Of a DNA stretch of 45,358 bases, positions 8,249-17,729 are shown piece after piece. The notes under the pieces are model-generated. The model ran no database searches, had not been told where the DNA came from, and saw nothing but the letters and a program-made list of their open reading frames with translations. The translations under genes were made by a program, and so were the position numbers. The stretch covers positions 1 through 45,358 of the forward strand of contig JBDZWC010000007.1 in NCBI GenBank assembly GCA_040256005.1. The letters run 5' to 3'. Source of the DNA: Deinococcaceae bacterium. Its GTDB lineage: Bacteria; Deinococcota; Deinococci; Deinococcales; Trueperaceae. The number at the start of each line of letters is the position of its first letter. Positions within the stretch are counted from its first letter, which is position 1.

Positions 8249-10089
8249 TCCCCGCAGGTCGTGGCGGTGTCCGGGACCGGCGAGGTGACGGCCACAGGCG
8301 CCGTCGGCTCGGCCCTCGTGACGGCAACGGCAGGAGGTGTCAGCGGGCAGATCGTCGTCGTCAGCGTAGTTCCGGTAGAGGGCGCCGTGCTGGTATCTGA
8401 CGCCGACGTCGTGGAAGGACCTATGCTCCTGGACTCGGAGCAGCCGTTGGACGTCGGGTCGCTCTACCAAGTGACCCTCGCGGTGCCTCCGCCCGCTGTC
8501 GGAGCGTACCTGTTGGCTACCGGTGAAGCGCAGGTGGCCGGCCGCGTGACGACCGTCAACGGCAGCGTCGCAACACTGGAGCTGGTGCCGCTGGACGAGC
8601 TGTTCGAGGAGCTGTTGATCGACCAGAGCATCGACTTGGCGACCGCACCGCTCCTCGACGCGGCCGGCGCGGATCCGACGTTCGCCGTCCGAAGGCTCGC
8701 GGACGGCGATTGGCACGTGCAGGGCGCCATAGGTGCTGGACTGGTGCCGCAGGCGGAGTTCAAGGCCGGTCCGCTGACCTGCAAGTCCGACTTCAACTTC
8801 TCCCAGTTGGACGTCCTCAACTTCGCCGTGACGTTCACGTCGGCGCTCAAGGTCGACGTGGTGGTGGACGCGGGCCACAAGAAGGTCGTCGTCCACGGCA
8901 GCCCCAAGGCCGTCGCCACGTTCGAACCGGTCGTCAAAGGCGTACTGCAGGAGTCGGTTGGCTGCGACCTCACCGTCGGCGACATCCAGATCCCCCTGCC
9001 CGGACCCATCGGGGCCGTGGTCGGCGCCGTCGTGCCCTTCGGGGTCGGCTTCAACATCGGTGGGACCGTCCCGCTCCTACAGGCCGGCTTCCACTTCGAC
9101 GCCGAATTGGGTGCCGACGTGAGCTTCGGTTTCGACTGCGACCCTGCCTGCGAAGGCGTAGCCGAGCTGACACCCCATGTCACGGGCCACCAGCGGCCCA
9201 TCCTGCCTGGAGACCTGAGTGGGTTGCGCCTCGAGGCCAGCCTCTTCGGCTACCTGTTCGTGGGGCTGGAGGCGGGCCTACGCAAGGACAGCAGCGGCCG
9301 TATCCGCCTGGCCCGCGGACAGACCGGCCTCAAGCTCGGTGCCAAGCTCGCGTCGGAGGAGACGCAGTTCCAGGACGACGCCTACTCCTCCGAGTACGCG
9401 CTCGACCTCGTCGCCACCATCGGCGCCGGCACCGGGGCACAGGCCATATTCAACCTGATTAACGTCGAGCTGGGTCGCGCGAAGCCGCCCTCGGACACCG
9501 GTAGCACGTCCGTCACCTACCAGGCCGCCTACCATGAGGAGTACGAGGAAACCGGCCCCAACTACCACTCCAGCTACGAGGAGGACGAGGTCCTGTCCGG
9601 CCAGTTGTCCCTCGAGGTGCTCAGCCGCTCCGACAGCGCCATCGTCTTCGAGGTCACGGGCGGCAGCATCCAGTACAGCTACGTGACCAGCTTCGTCGAG
9701 GTGGAGACGAACGTCATGGGGTCTGAGCCCGGCTGCACCTACACCGAGAGGACCGAGGTCACGCACGACGGAGCCGGGGGCCAGGTCGTGCCGGCTGGCA
9801 CACCCGGCGTCTACCGCATCGACATCGCAGACAACGGCGAGTACACGCTTCAGATGCGGCCCGACCTGTTCTTCGAGGTGCCCGCCCAGGACGGCTTCAA
9901 GACCACAGGCGCCTGCGGCTACGAGAACATCGACGAGACGACGCCCGGCAGCGACGAAGTGGACCCCAGCTTCGAGATCACCGGCATCGTCGACCCAGGC
10001 AACCCCGGTGTGTTCAGCGGTGGTACGTGGACGGAACGCCAGAGGGCGGCACGACCTACACCTGGTCCCTCGTCCTCCCGCCACCCTGA
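8249..10089 (+). pseudogene. 5'-truncated, frameshifted remnant of a secreted Ig-like (Big_2) beta-rich protein
   Basis: Frame opens after TGA 8225-8227, mid-Ig domain (SPQVVAVSGTGEVTA...ALVTATAGGVSG), with no signal peptide, SD or -10. A natural-looking C-terminus (YVDGTPEGGTTYTWSLVLPPP, stop 10087-10089) lies in the -1 frame from about 10024. Confidence 0.6.
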
Positions 10090-10132
10090 GCTCGGCCCGA
10101 CATCCCGCCGGCCCGCTGGTAGCATCGCCGGC

Positions 10133-10666
10133 GTGACCCGGTACGAGCTGGCCCGCGCGATCCACGAGCGCTCCCTGCTGCGCGGCGAGTTCACGCTGCG
10201 CTCCGGGGCGAAGTCCGACCGCTACTTCGACAAGTACCTCTTCGAGTCCGACCCCGAGCTCCTGGCCGAGATCGGTCAGGCGCTGGCCAGGCTAGTCCCG
10301 CCCGACACGGACATGCTCGCCGGGCTCGAGCTCGGCGGCGTGCCGCTGGCCGTCATGCTCGGCCAGTTCACGGGCCTGCCAGTGGTGTTCGTGCGCAAGC
10401 AGGCGAAGGGGTACGGCACCATGCGCCTGGCAGAGGGTGGCGATATCGTGGGCAAGAAGCTGCTCGTCGTGGAGGACGTCGTGACCTCGGGCGGGCAGGT
10501 CGTGCTCTCGACACGGGACCTGCGGGAGCGTGGCGCGACGGTCGACTCCGCCGTGTGCGTGATAGACCGCGAGTCCGGCGGCTCGGACGCGCTCGCCGAG
10601 GCCGGCGTAGCGCTCGCGGCGCTGTTCACGATGTCCGACCTCGAGCACGTCGCGGGACGGGCCTAG
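10133..10666 (+). CDS. pyrE: Orotate phosphoribosyltransferase
   Basis: GEFTLRSG, YFDKY, AGLELGGVP, VRKQAKGYGT, PRPP motif VVEDVVTSGG. Own leaderless promoter: TAGCAT (10120-10125) 7 nt before GTG 10133. Confidence 0.93.
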   Translation: MTRYELARAIHERSLLRGEFTLRSGAKSDRYFDKYLFESDPELLAEIGQALARLVPPDTDMLAGLELGGVPLAVMLGQFTGLPVVFVRKQAKGYGTMRLAEGGDIVGKKLLVVEDVVTSGGQVVLSTRDLRERGATVDSAVCVIDRESGGSDALAEAGVALAALFTMSDLEHVAGRA

Positions 10667-10740
10667 CCTCTGCTGGCCCGCCCGCCGGCTCGTTCAGGAC
10701 GGCAACGGAGCACGGTCGTCCGACTGCGTAAACTCGTCAC

Positions 10741-11109
10741 ATGCCACAGGAGACGATCTTCAGCAAGATCATCCGCCGCGAGGTGCCGGCGGACATCGTC
10801 TACCAGGACGATCTCGTCACGGCGTTCCGTGACATCAGCCCCAGGGCGCCCACCCACGTGCTGATCGTGCCCAACGAGCTGATCCCCACCGTCGACGACG
10901 TCAGGCCCGAGCACGAGGCCGCGTTGGGCCGCATGTTCACGGCGGCGGCGAAGATAGCGGAGCAGGAGGGCCTGGAGAAGGGGTACCGGTTGATCGTCAA
11001 CTGCAACGAGCATGGCGGCCAGGAGGTCTACCACCTCCACATGCACCTGCTCGGCGGCAGGCGGCTGGGCCGCATCGTCGCCGAGGGCCGGAGCGAGGAG
11101 GAAAGATGA
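10741..11109 (+). CDS. hinT: Histidine triad nucleotide-binding protein (HinT-like)
   Basis: [29 protein letters not shown] triad; TAAACT 6 nt before the ATG. Confidence 0.93.
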   Translation: MPQETIFSKIIRREVPADIVYQDDLVTAFRDISPRAPTHVLIVPNELIPTVDDVRPEHEAALGRMFTAAAKIAEQEGLEKGYRLIVNCNEHGGQEVYHLHMHLLGGRRLGRIVAEGRSEEER

Positions 11110-12053
11110 AGTACCGCAGGCTAGGCAACACGGGGCTCAAGGTCAGCGAGGTCAGCCTCGGCGCGTGGACCACGTTCGGGCAGACGGTCGAGGAGCAACG
11201 CACCGTCACCGAGATCATGGGCAAGGCGTACGAGCTGGGCATCAACTTCTTCGACAACGCCGACGCCTACAACCGCGGCCAGGGCGAGCGCGTGATGGGC
11301 GTGGCCCTGCGCGATCTCGAGATACCCCGCAAGTCCTACGTCCTGTCGTCGAAGGTGTACTGGCCGCAGTCCGACGCGATCACCGACCGGGGTCTGAACC
11401 GCAAGCACGTGCTGGAGTCGATAGACATGACGCTCGAACGGCTGGGCGTCGAACACCTGGACATCTACTTCGCCCACCGCTACGACGACGAGACGCCCCT
11501 GGAGGAGATCGTAGAGGCTTTCAGTGACGTCGTCAGGTCTGGACGCAGCCACTACTGGGGCACGAGCATGTGGCCGCCCACGAAGATCGTGGAGGCCGTC
11601 GCCTACGCCAAGGGGCATGGGCTGGTAGCGCCGGTGACGGAGCAACCTTCCTTCTCCCTCCTCGACCGCGAGCGCGTCCGCGACCAGGTCGCTCCGGTCA
11701 CCGAGCCCAAGGGCATCGGCCTCGTCGTCTTCAGCCCCCTCGCCCAAGGCATGCTGACCGGCAAGTACGACGACGGGGTGCCCGAGGGCAGCCGCTTCGC
11801 GAACTTCTCACAGTTCAAGGAGCGGTTCATGACCGAGGAGAACGCCCGCCGGGTGCGCGCCCTCAAGCCCATCGCCGACGAGCTCGGCGTCACCAGAGCC
11901 CAGCTCGCCCTCGCCTGGATCCTCGCCCAGCCGGGCGTATCCAGCGTCATCACCGGCGCCACGCGGGTCGACCACGTCGTCGACAACGCTGCCGCCGCCG
12001 AGGTCGAGCTCTCCGACGAGGTACTCCAGCGGATCGAAGAGGCGGTCGCCTGA
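11106..12053 (+). CDS. Aldo/keto reductase (Kv-beta-like subfamily)
   Basis: [51 protein letters not shown] overlap with the HIT gene. Confidence 0.93.
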   Translation: MKYRRLGNTGLKVSEVSLGAWTTFGQTVEEQRTVTEIMGKAYELGINFFDNADAYNRGQGERVMGVALRDLEIPRKSYVLSSKVYWPQSDAITDRGLNRKHVLESIDMTLERLGVEHLDIYFAHRYDDETPLEEIVEAFSDVVRSGRSHYWGTSMWPPTKIVEAVAYAKGHGLVAPVTEQPSFSLLDRERVRDQVAPVTEPKGIGLVVFSPLAQGMLTGKYDDGVPEGSRFANFSQFKERFMTEENARRVRALKPIADELGVTRAQLALAWILAQPGVSSVITGATRVDHVVDNAAAAEVELSDEVLQRIEEAVA

Positions 12054-13597
12054 CGAGGCTCTACACCGCCGAGCAGATGGCCAGCGCCGACCGCCTGGCG
12101 GGCGAGGCCGGGATCTCGGTCGACGAGCTGATGGCGGCGGCGGGTCAGGCCGTCGCCAAGGAACTGATCGCCCGCTTCCCCGAGGTGAAGCGGGCGCTAG
12201 TCCTCTGTGGCAGCGGGAACAACGGCGGCGACGGCTACGTGGCCGCCGCAGCGCTGCAGCGCCGCCTCCAGGTGACCGTCCTGGAGATGAGCCCCGAGCC
12301 GAAGTCCGCGGCCGCCGCGGCGGCGCGCCGCCAGCTGACCGAGACCGGGGTGAGGCCGGCATCGCTCGAGGTCACGGCGGTGAGCGGTTGGCTGGAAGAG
12401 ACCGACCCCGACCAGGGCGTCGTCGTGGACGCGTTGCTCGGCTCTGGCCTGGCGCGCCCGCTGGAAGGCGAGCTGGCGAAGGTCGTGAAGGTCGTCAACG
12501 ACGGCAGCGTGCCCGTCGTTGCCGTCGACGTACCCACCGGCGTCGACGCGGACCGAGCCACCGCGCCCGGCGAGCACATCAGAGCCGACGTCACGGTGCA
12601 GCTGGCCGGAGCGAAGGTCGCCTCGGCCTTCTACCCGGTACGCGGCGCGTTCCACGGCGCTCGGGCGGGACGACCCTCGGAGGTGGTCGTCGTCGACATC
12701 GGCGTGCCGAGTCAGGTACTGAGCGCCGTATCCCCCACCTTGTACCTGGACGCGGCGACGGTCTCTGCGTGGCTCCCGCGCCGTGAGGCGACCGCCCACA
12801 AGTACCGCGTGGGGACAGTGACCGTCGTGGCCGGCTCGGTGCGCTACCTGGGCGCCGCCGAGCTGGTATGCCGCGGCGCGTGGCGCGCCGGCGCCGGGCT
12901 CGTGACCCTCGCGGCAGCCGGCCGGCACCCTTCGGCGTGGCCCGAGACGGTCTGGGCCGACCTGCCGGCGGGCGGCTGGCCGCCGGACGACCTCTCGGAA
13001 CGAGCGGCCGAGGCGCTGGTGATGGGTCCGGGGCTCGACCCGAGCGAACCCGGTTCGCCCCTGTCTCGGCTGAGGGAGGTGCTCCAGTGGGCCCCCGGAC
13101 CAGTGGTGCTGGACGCTGGCGCGTTGGCGCCCGACGTCCTCACCGACAGGCTGCCACGGCGGGAGGGCACGGCGGTGATCACGCCGCACCATGGAGAAGC
13201 GACCAGGTTGCTCGCGACGTTCGGCCGGCAGGTAGACCTCGCCCTCGACCCGTTGGAAGGGGCGCGTGCCCTCACGGAGGTCACGGGTGCGATCACGGTG
13301 CTCAAGGGCCCCACCACCGTCATCGTCGCGCCGGACGGCCGCGAAGCAGTGAGCGACCGCGGCCATCCAGGCATGGCTAGCGGCGGGACGGGAGACGTGC
13401 TCGCCGGAGCGCTGGGTGCGCTGCTCGCGGCTCCGGATGGAGACCCGTTCGAGCGCTGCTGCCTGGCGGTATTCGCCCACGGCCGCGCCGGAGAGGTCGC
13501 CGCCGAGGCTCGCGGCACCGCCCTGATCGCATCGGACCTGGTCGACGTGCTGCCCCAGGTGCTCATGGGTATCGCCGAGGCCAGGCCGCTCAGGTAG
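12050..13597 (+). CDS. nnr: Bifunctional NAD(P)H-hydrate epimerase/dehydratase, probable CTG start
   Basis: YTAEQM, GSGNNGGDG, DALLGSG, DVPTG; HK, DAGAL, ITPHHGEA, LKGPTT, GGTGDVLAG. CTG 12050 overlaps the upstream stop; the first in-frame ATG is at 12077. Confidence 0.92.
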   Translation: MTRLYTAEQMASADRLAGEAGISVDELMAAAGQAVAKELIARFPEVKRALVLCGSGNNGGDGYVAAAALQRRLQVTVLEMSPEPKSAAAAAARRQLTETGVRPASLEVTAVSGWLEETDPDQGVVVDALLGSGLARPLEGELAKVVKVVNDGSVPVVAVDVPTGVDADRATAPGEHIRADVTVQLAGAKVASAFYPVRGAFHGARAGRPSEVVVVDIGVPSQVLSAVSPTLYLDAATVSAWLPRREATAHKYRVGTVTVVAGSVRYLGAAELVCRGAWRAGAGLVTLAAAGRHPSAWPETVWADLPAGGWPPDDLSERAAEALVMGPGLDPSEPGSPLSRLREVLQWAPGPVVLDAGALAPDVLTDRLPRREGTAVITPHHGEATRLLATFGRQVDLALDPLEGARALTEVTGAITVLKGPTTVIVAPDGREAVSDRGHPGMASGGTGDVLAGALGALLAAPDGDPFERCCLAVFAHGRAGEVAAEARGTALIASDLVDVLPQVLMGIAEARPLR

Positions 13598-13630
13598 GGC
13601 TCGGGCCGGCGTGGTGTTAGCCTTCCCCGG

Positions 13631-14515
13631 ATGCTCAGACTGGAAGTGCCGGCCAGCAGCGCGAACCTAGGACCCGGCTTCGACGCGCTGGGGCTGGCGG
13701 TCGACCTGCGTCTGACCGTGACCGCCGAGCCGGCCGTAGAGGACACGTTCAGCTACGCCGGCGAGGGTCCAGCGCCGGCGGCGCATGGCAACCTCGTGCA
13801 CCGCGGGTACGCCGCCGCGTTCGCCGCGCTCGGCCACGAGCCCAGGCCCGTCGCCTTCACACTCGACAACCCCATCCCGCTCGCTCGCGGACTGGGCTCG
13901 TCCTCAGCGGCCCTGGTAGCCGGAGCCGCGGCTGCGGACGCCTTCCTGGGCGAGCCCCTAGGCCGGGAGGGGGTGTTTCGCGTGACCGCGGCCCTGGAGG
14001 GGCACCCCGACAACGTCGGGCCCGCGGTCTTCGGCGGGTTCGTGGTGTCGGCGGCGGACGAGGCGGGAGAGTTCGTGGCTCGGTCGCTGCCGTTGCCGGA
14101 GGACTGGCGTCTGCTCTTCGGCGTGCCGGCGTTCGAGCTCCAGACCGTCGCGGCGCGCGCCGCGTTGCCCACCTCGTACGACCCGGCGCAGACCGTCCTG
14201 ACGTCGTCGCGTGCGGCGTTGTGGGTCGCCGCCGTGGCCACCCGCGACCGCGCGCTGCTGCGCGTAGCGTCCCTGGACGTGCTCCACCAGCCTTTTCGGG
14301 CCCGGCTCGTCCCCGGGCTTGCCGCTCTCCTCACGGCGCTGCGCGCAGCGGGCGCCGACGCCGCCTACCTCTCGGGGTCAGGGCCCACCGTGGGAGTCAT
14401 CGCCGGGGACGAAGCGTTCGAGCGCTGCCGGGCACTCTTGCAGGACTGGGTCGGCAAGCAGGGTCGGGTCATCGCGCCAGGAGCGGCGACCGGCTACACG
14501 GTGACCCGGTGCTAG
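13631..14515 (+). CDS. thrB: Homoserine kinase
   Basis: VPASSANLGPGFDALG, GHMP motif PLARGLGSSSAA, EGHPDNV, LSGSGPT; TAGCCT 7 nt before the ATG. Confidence 0.95.
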   Translation: MLRLEVPASSANLGPGFDALGLAVDLRLTVTAEPAVEDTFSYAGEGPAPAAHGNLVHRGYAAAFAALGHEPRPVAFTLDNPIPLARGLGSSSAALVAGAAAADAFLGEPLGREGVFRVTAALEGHPDNVGPAVFGGFVVSAADEAGEFVARSLPLPEDWRLLFGVPAFELQTVAARAALPTSYDPAQTVLTSSRAALWVAAVATRDRALLRVASLDVLHQPFRARLVPGLAALLTALRAAGADAAYLSGSGPTVGVIAGDEAFERCRALLQDWVGKQGRVIAPGAATGYTVTRC

Positions 14516-14525
14516 CATCGCGCGC

Positions 14526-15506
14526 GTGAACGTCGTCCTGGGCATCGATACCTCGTGTGACGACACCGGCGTTGGCATCGTGGCGGACCGTGCGGTGAGG
14601 TCCAACGTCGTGCTGTCGCAGACGGCACTCCACGCGGCGTTCGGCGGCGTGGTGCCCGAGCAGGCGAGCCGGGAGCACCTGAGCGCGCTCGACAGCGCCG
14701 TCACCCGGGCGCTCGCCGAAGCCCAGCTCGACCTGTCTGACGTCACCGCCGTCGCGGCGACGCACGGCCCTGGCCTCGTGGGCGCGCTGCTGGTCGGGCT
14801 CAGCTACGGCAAGGCGCTCGCCTGGGGCCTCGGTGTCCGTTTCCTGCCCGTGCACCACCTCATCGGCCACCTCGCGGCAGCCGAGGCCGAGCCCCCGTTC
14901 CTGGCGCTGCTCGCTTCCGGCGGGCACACCGTCCTCTTCCGGGTAGAGGCCTGGGACCGCATCACGGAGCTTGGCCGGAGCCGGGACGACGCCGCCGGCG
15001 AGGCGTTCGACAAGGTCGCCCGGCTCCTCGGCCTGGGCTACCCGGGCGGGGCGGCTCTGGCCGAGTTGGCCGCGACGGGCGACGATCACGGCGTCGACCT
15101 GCCCTGGCCGATGAAGGGCTCGAGCGACCTGAGCTTCAGCTTCTCGGGGCTCAAGACCGCCGTCGCCCTGCTCCTGGAACGGGACCCCGACGCGAACAGA
15201 GCAGACGTCGCCGCCACGTTCGAGAGGGTGGCAGTCGGCTCGCTTGTGGAGGTGACGCTGCGAGCTGCGCGCTCCATAGGGGCCAGGCGCATCGTCGTGG
15301 CCGGCGGGGTAGCCGCCAACCGGCGCCTGCGCGAGGAGCTGTCCCTCAGCGGCCTGGACGTCTCGTTCCCGCCACCCAGCCTCGCGACCGACAACGGAGC
15401 GATGATCGCGCTGGCGGCGAGCAAGGTGATCGCCGGAGAAGCGCTGCCGCACCCAGACCCGCTGGGTGTCGACGCTCAGCCCTACCTGCCGCTGGCCACC
15501 GGCTGA
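14526..15506 (+). CDS. tsaD: tRNA t6A synthase TsaD
   Basis: LGIDTSCDDT, FGGVVPEQASREH, HHLIGH, SGGHT, DDAAGEAFDKVAR, FSFSGLKT, GGVAANRRLR, TDNGAMIA. Confidence 0.96.
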   Translation: MNVVLGIDTSCDDTGVGIVADRAVRSNVVLSQTALHAAFGGVVPEQASREHLSALDSAVTRALAEAQLDLSDVTAVAATHGPGLVGALLVGLSYGKALAWGLGVRFLPVHHLIGHLAAAEAEPPFLALLASGGHTVLFRVEAWDRITELGRSRDDAAGEAFDKVARLLGLGYPGGAALAELAATGDDHGVDLPWPMKGSSDLSFSFSGLKTAVALLLERDPDANRADVAATFERVAVGSLVEVTLRAARSIGARRIVVAGGVAANRRLREELSLSGLDVSFPPPSLATDNGAMIALAASKVIAGEALPHPDPLGVDAQPYLPLATG

Positions 15507-16312
15507 TGGCGCCTCGGCTGGCCGTCAACTTCTCGCCGGCCCTCGCCAGCCTCGTGCAGGACAGGAGCGTCACGGTCGACGTCTTCAAGGTGCCGGACTG
15601 GGACGACCTCATCGCCGCGGCGAGCGCTCACGGCCCCGTCTACGTCCACTTCCCGGTCGAGCTCGGGGCCACCAAGCTGGGCGTCGACCTGGGCCGCAGC
15701 CTCGAGCTGCTCGAGGCGACAGGAACGACCCACCTGAACGCTCACGTCGTCCCGTCGCGTGAGAGGTTCCCTGACCTTGACGTCGACGCGGTCGACGAAG
15801 GCACCCTGGACGCGGTGGCCACCGCACTGCTCGAGGACATCGCGACCCTGTCGGAGGCCGTGGGCGCGGAGAGGGTGATCGTGGAGAACGTGCCCTACCG
15901 CGGCACGGACCACGGCCTGCTACGCGCCGGGGTTGACCCGCGGGTCATCACGCGCCTCGTGGAGGAGTCGGGCTGTGGGCTGCTGCTCGACCTCTCGCAC
16001 GCCGTCCTCACCGCGCACGCGCTCGGCATCGCGGTGTGGGAGTACCTTGACCGGCTGCCCACCCATGCGCTCAGGGAGCTGCACGTATCGGGCGTGCGCG
16101 AGCTGGAGGGCAGGTTGCGCGACCATCTGCCCTTGACGCAGGAGGACGTGGCGTTGGTGCGCGCGGCCATGGGAAGGGTCCGCGCCGGGGCGTGGCCCGC
16201 TCCTGAGGTCGTGTCGTTCGAGTACGGAGGCGTTGGCCCTGTCTTCGAGTGGCGCACGGAGCCCGACGTCCTGGCCGAGCAGGTGCCGCTGCTACGCGAG
16301 ATCGTTACCTGA
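15506..16312 (+). CDS. DUF692 (UPF0276) family multinuclear iron protein
   Basis: Metal-ligand pattern YVH...NAH...IVENVPY...GLLLDLSH...ELHVSG...DH...FEY; TGATG coupling to tsaD. Confidence 0.75.
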   Translation: MAPRLAVNFSPALASLVQDRSVTVDVFKVPDWDDLIAAASAHGPVYVHFPVELGATKLGVDLGRSLELLEATGTTHLNAHVVPSRERFPDLDVDAVDEGTLDAVATALLEDIATLSEAVGAERVIVENVPYRGTDHGLLRAGVDPRVITRLVEESGCGLLLDLSHAVLTAHALGIAVWEYLDRLPTHALRELHVSGVRELEGRLRDHLPLTQEDVALVRAAMGRVRAGAWPAPEVVSFEYGGVGPVFEWRTEPDVLAEQVPLLREIVT

Positions 16313-16865
16313 TCGAGCCCCACAGGCCCGCCAGGTACATCTCCTGCGTCACGACGCCCTTGACCTCCTGCCCGTCCATGATCACCACGAGCTGCTCGTG
16401 CGCCAGCATGCTGCGCAGCTCGGTGACCGCTACGTCGGCAGGCGCCTTGACGAGCTCCTCCCACGACGTGATGCGATCGTGGTGCAGGCCGGTGACGCCG
16501 ATGGGCACCCGGTCCTGGTGCACGATGACCACGCGGTTGTCCATGAGCGTCTGCACGGCGTTGGCCGCGTCGACAACGGGCACCTTCATGGCGACGACGC
16601 CGGCCGCGGGCGGCCCCGAGAGGCCGAAGCTGAGCAGCGTGGGGCTGGGGATGCGCAGCGAGCTACGCACCCAGATCAGCGCCGTCGAGTACGCGAACAC
16701 GAACACGGCGCCTTCCAGCAGACCCGCAGCGTTGAAGTCGCCGAAGCCGAGGCGACCGGGACCGGGCACGATGAGCGCGACCACGTACGAGACGATGAGC
16801 GCGAACACGACGGCTGCCAACGCTCCCAACAGCGCCGAGAGCCGCAGCTGAGACGGTCTCCTCAT
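16305..16865 (-). CDS. Membrane protein with two TM helices and a degenerate CBS-like C-terminus
   Basis: ATG 16865 in ATGA overlap with the upstream gene, GGAGGA SD; two hydrophobic segments; LVVIMDGQEVKGVVTQEMYL is CBS-like. Confidence 0.6.
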   Translation of the reverse strand: MRRPSQLRLSALLGALAAVVFALIVSYVVALIVPGPGRLGFGDFNAAGLLEGAVFVFAYSTALIWVRSSLRIPSPTLLSFGLSGPPAAGVVAMKVPVVDAANAVQTLMDNRVVIVHQDRVPIGVTGLHHDRITSWEELVKAPADVAVTELRSMLAHEQLVVIMDGQEVKGVVTQEMYLAGLWGSIR

Positions 16866-17641
16866 GCGTTCCTCCACTGGGGCTGGGCGGGATCGAGCAC
16901 GCCCGGCAGGTGGTCAAGACGGTCGACATCGGCCGCCAGTCCGGCGTCCTCGGTCCTGAGCGCCCTGCCCGCGACCCCCATCAGCCGGCTGGCGCGCTGC
17001 TCGAGGGTGGCAACGGACGCCGTGCCGGTCAGCAAGCTCAAGGCGACATCGAGGCCGATCAGCGTCGCCAGCGCGACGGGGTTCTTCCTCGACCTGAACG
17101 CTTGAGACACCAGGGGCAGCACTGCCGCCACCGCACCGTGTGTCAGCAGAGCGAGGTTCCCGCCCGTGAAGCGCCCTTCCTTGAGCCTGACGTAGGTCCG
17201 GCGCTGCTCGGGGAAGGCAGCGTTCATATGCTCCTCGGCCACGATGGGGTACACCACGTCGGCGGAGAGCCCCCCTGCTTCTTCGACGAAGCGGGCCACG
17301 GCATCGCCCGTGAGCCACGGCAGGTCTGCCGTGACGACCAGCAGGCTCCTCGCGCCCCGACCCAGAGCCGCACCTAACCCCAGCGCCAGGGAGTCCTCGA
17401 ACCGGCGGCCCGATGGCACCGGCACCACCCTGAAGTCATCCAGCTCGTGGTCGGTGGGGCCGACGTATACGACCTCCGACACCTTGCCGCTAGCTTCGAG
17501 AGCGCTCAGCACGTAGCTAGCGAGCGGCCTGCCCGCGACCGGCAGCAGCGCCTTCGCGGGAACCCCGGCAGCGGCGGACAGCGCGTCGCCAGCGTCGCCG
17601 CCAGCGAGCACGACGGCCGTCACCCCGAGCGCGGGTCGCAT
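16862..17641 (-). CDS. MobA-like nucleotidyltransferase (NTP_transf_3 family)
   Basis: AVVLAGG...KALLPVAGRP...VTADLPWL...FTGGN...DVDRLDH. Start re-placed to ATG 17641, with TACACT 5 nt upstream. Confidence 0.8.
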   Translation of the reverse strand: MRPALGVTAVVLAGGDAGDALSAAAGVPAKALLPVAGRPLASYVLSALEASGKVSEVVYVGPTDHELDDFRVVPVPSGRRFEDSLALGLGAALGRGARSLLVVTADLPWLTGDAVARFVEEAGGLSADVVYPIVAEEHMNAAFPEQRRTYVRLKEGRFTGGNLALLTHGAVAAVLPLVSQAFRSRKNPVALATLIGLDVALSLLTGTASVATLEQRASRLMGVAGRALRTEDAGLAADVDRLDHLPGVLDPAQPQWRNA

Positions 17642-17671
17642 GGCGGAGTGTACCGCGGGCCCATCATGAGA

Positions 17672-17697
17672 GGAGCCCGCTCGACAGAGCGGGCTCC
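17672..17697 (-). terminator. Hairpin terminator after the PEGA gene
   Basis: 11-bp perfect stem GGAGCCCGCTC / GAGCGGGCTCC with a 4-nt loop, about 30 nt after the stop at 17730. Confidence 0.7.
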
Positions 17698-17729
17698 CGT
17701 CCTGCACACTGTTACTAGGTACCGGACCG

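Noticed and set aside
8261..10666. 801-aa Ig-like/PyrE fusion protein
   Set aside because: pyrE has its own -10 box and GTG at 10133; the upstream gene's natural end is in another frame (stop 10089); the joining peptide looks like off-frame sequence.
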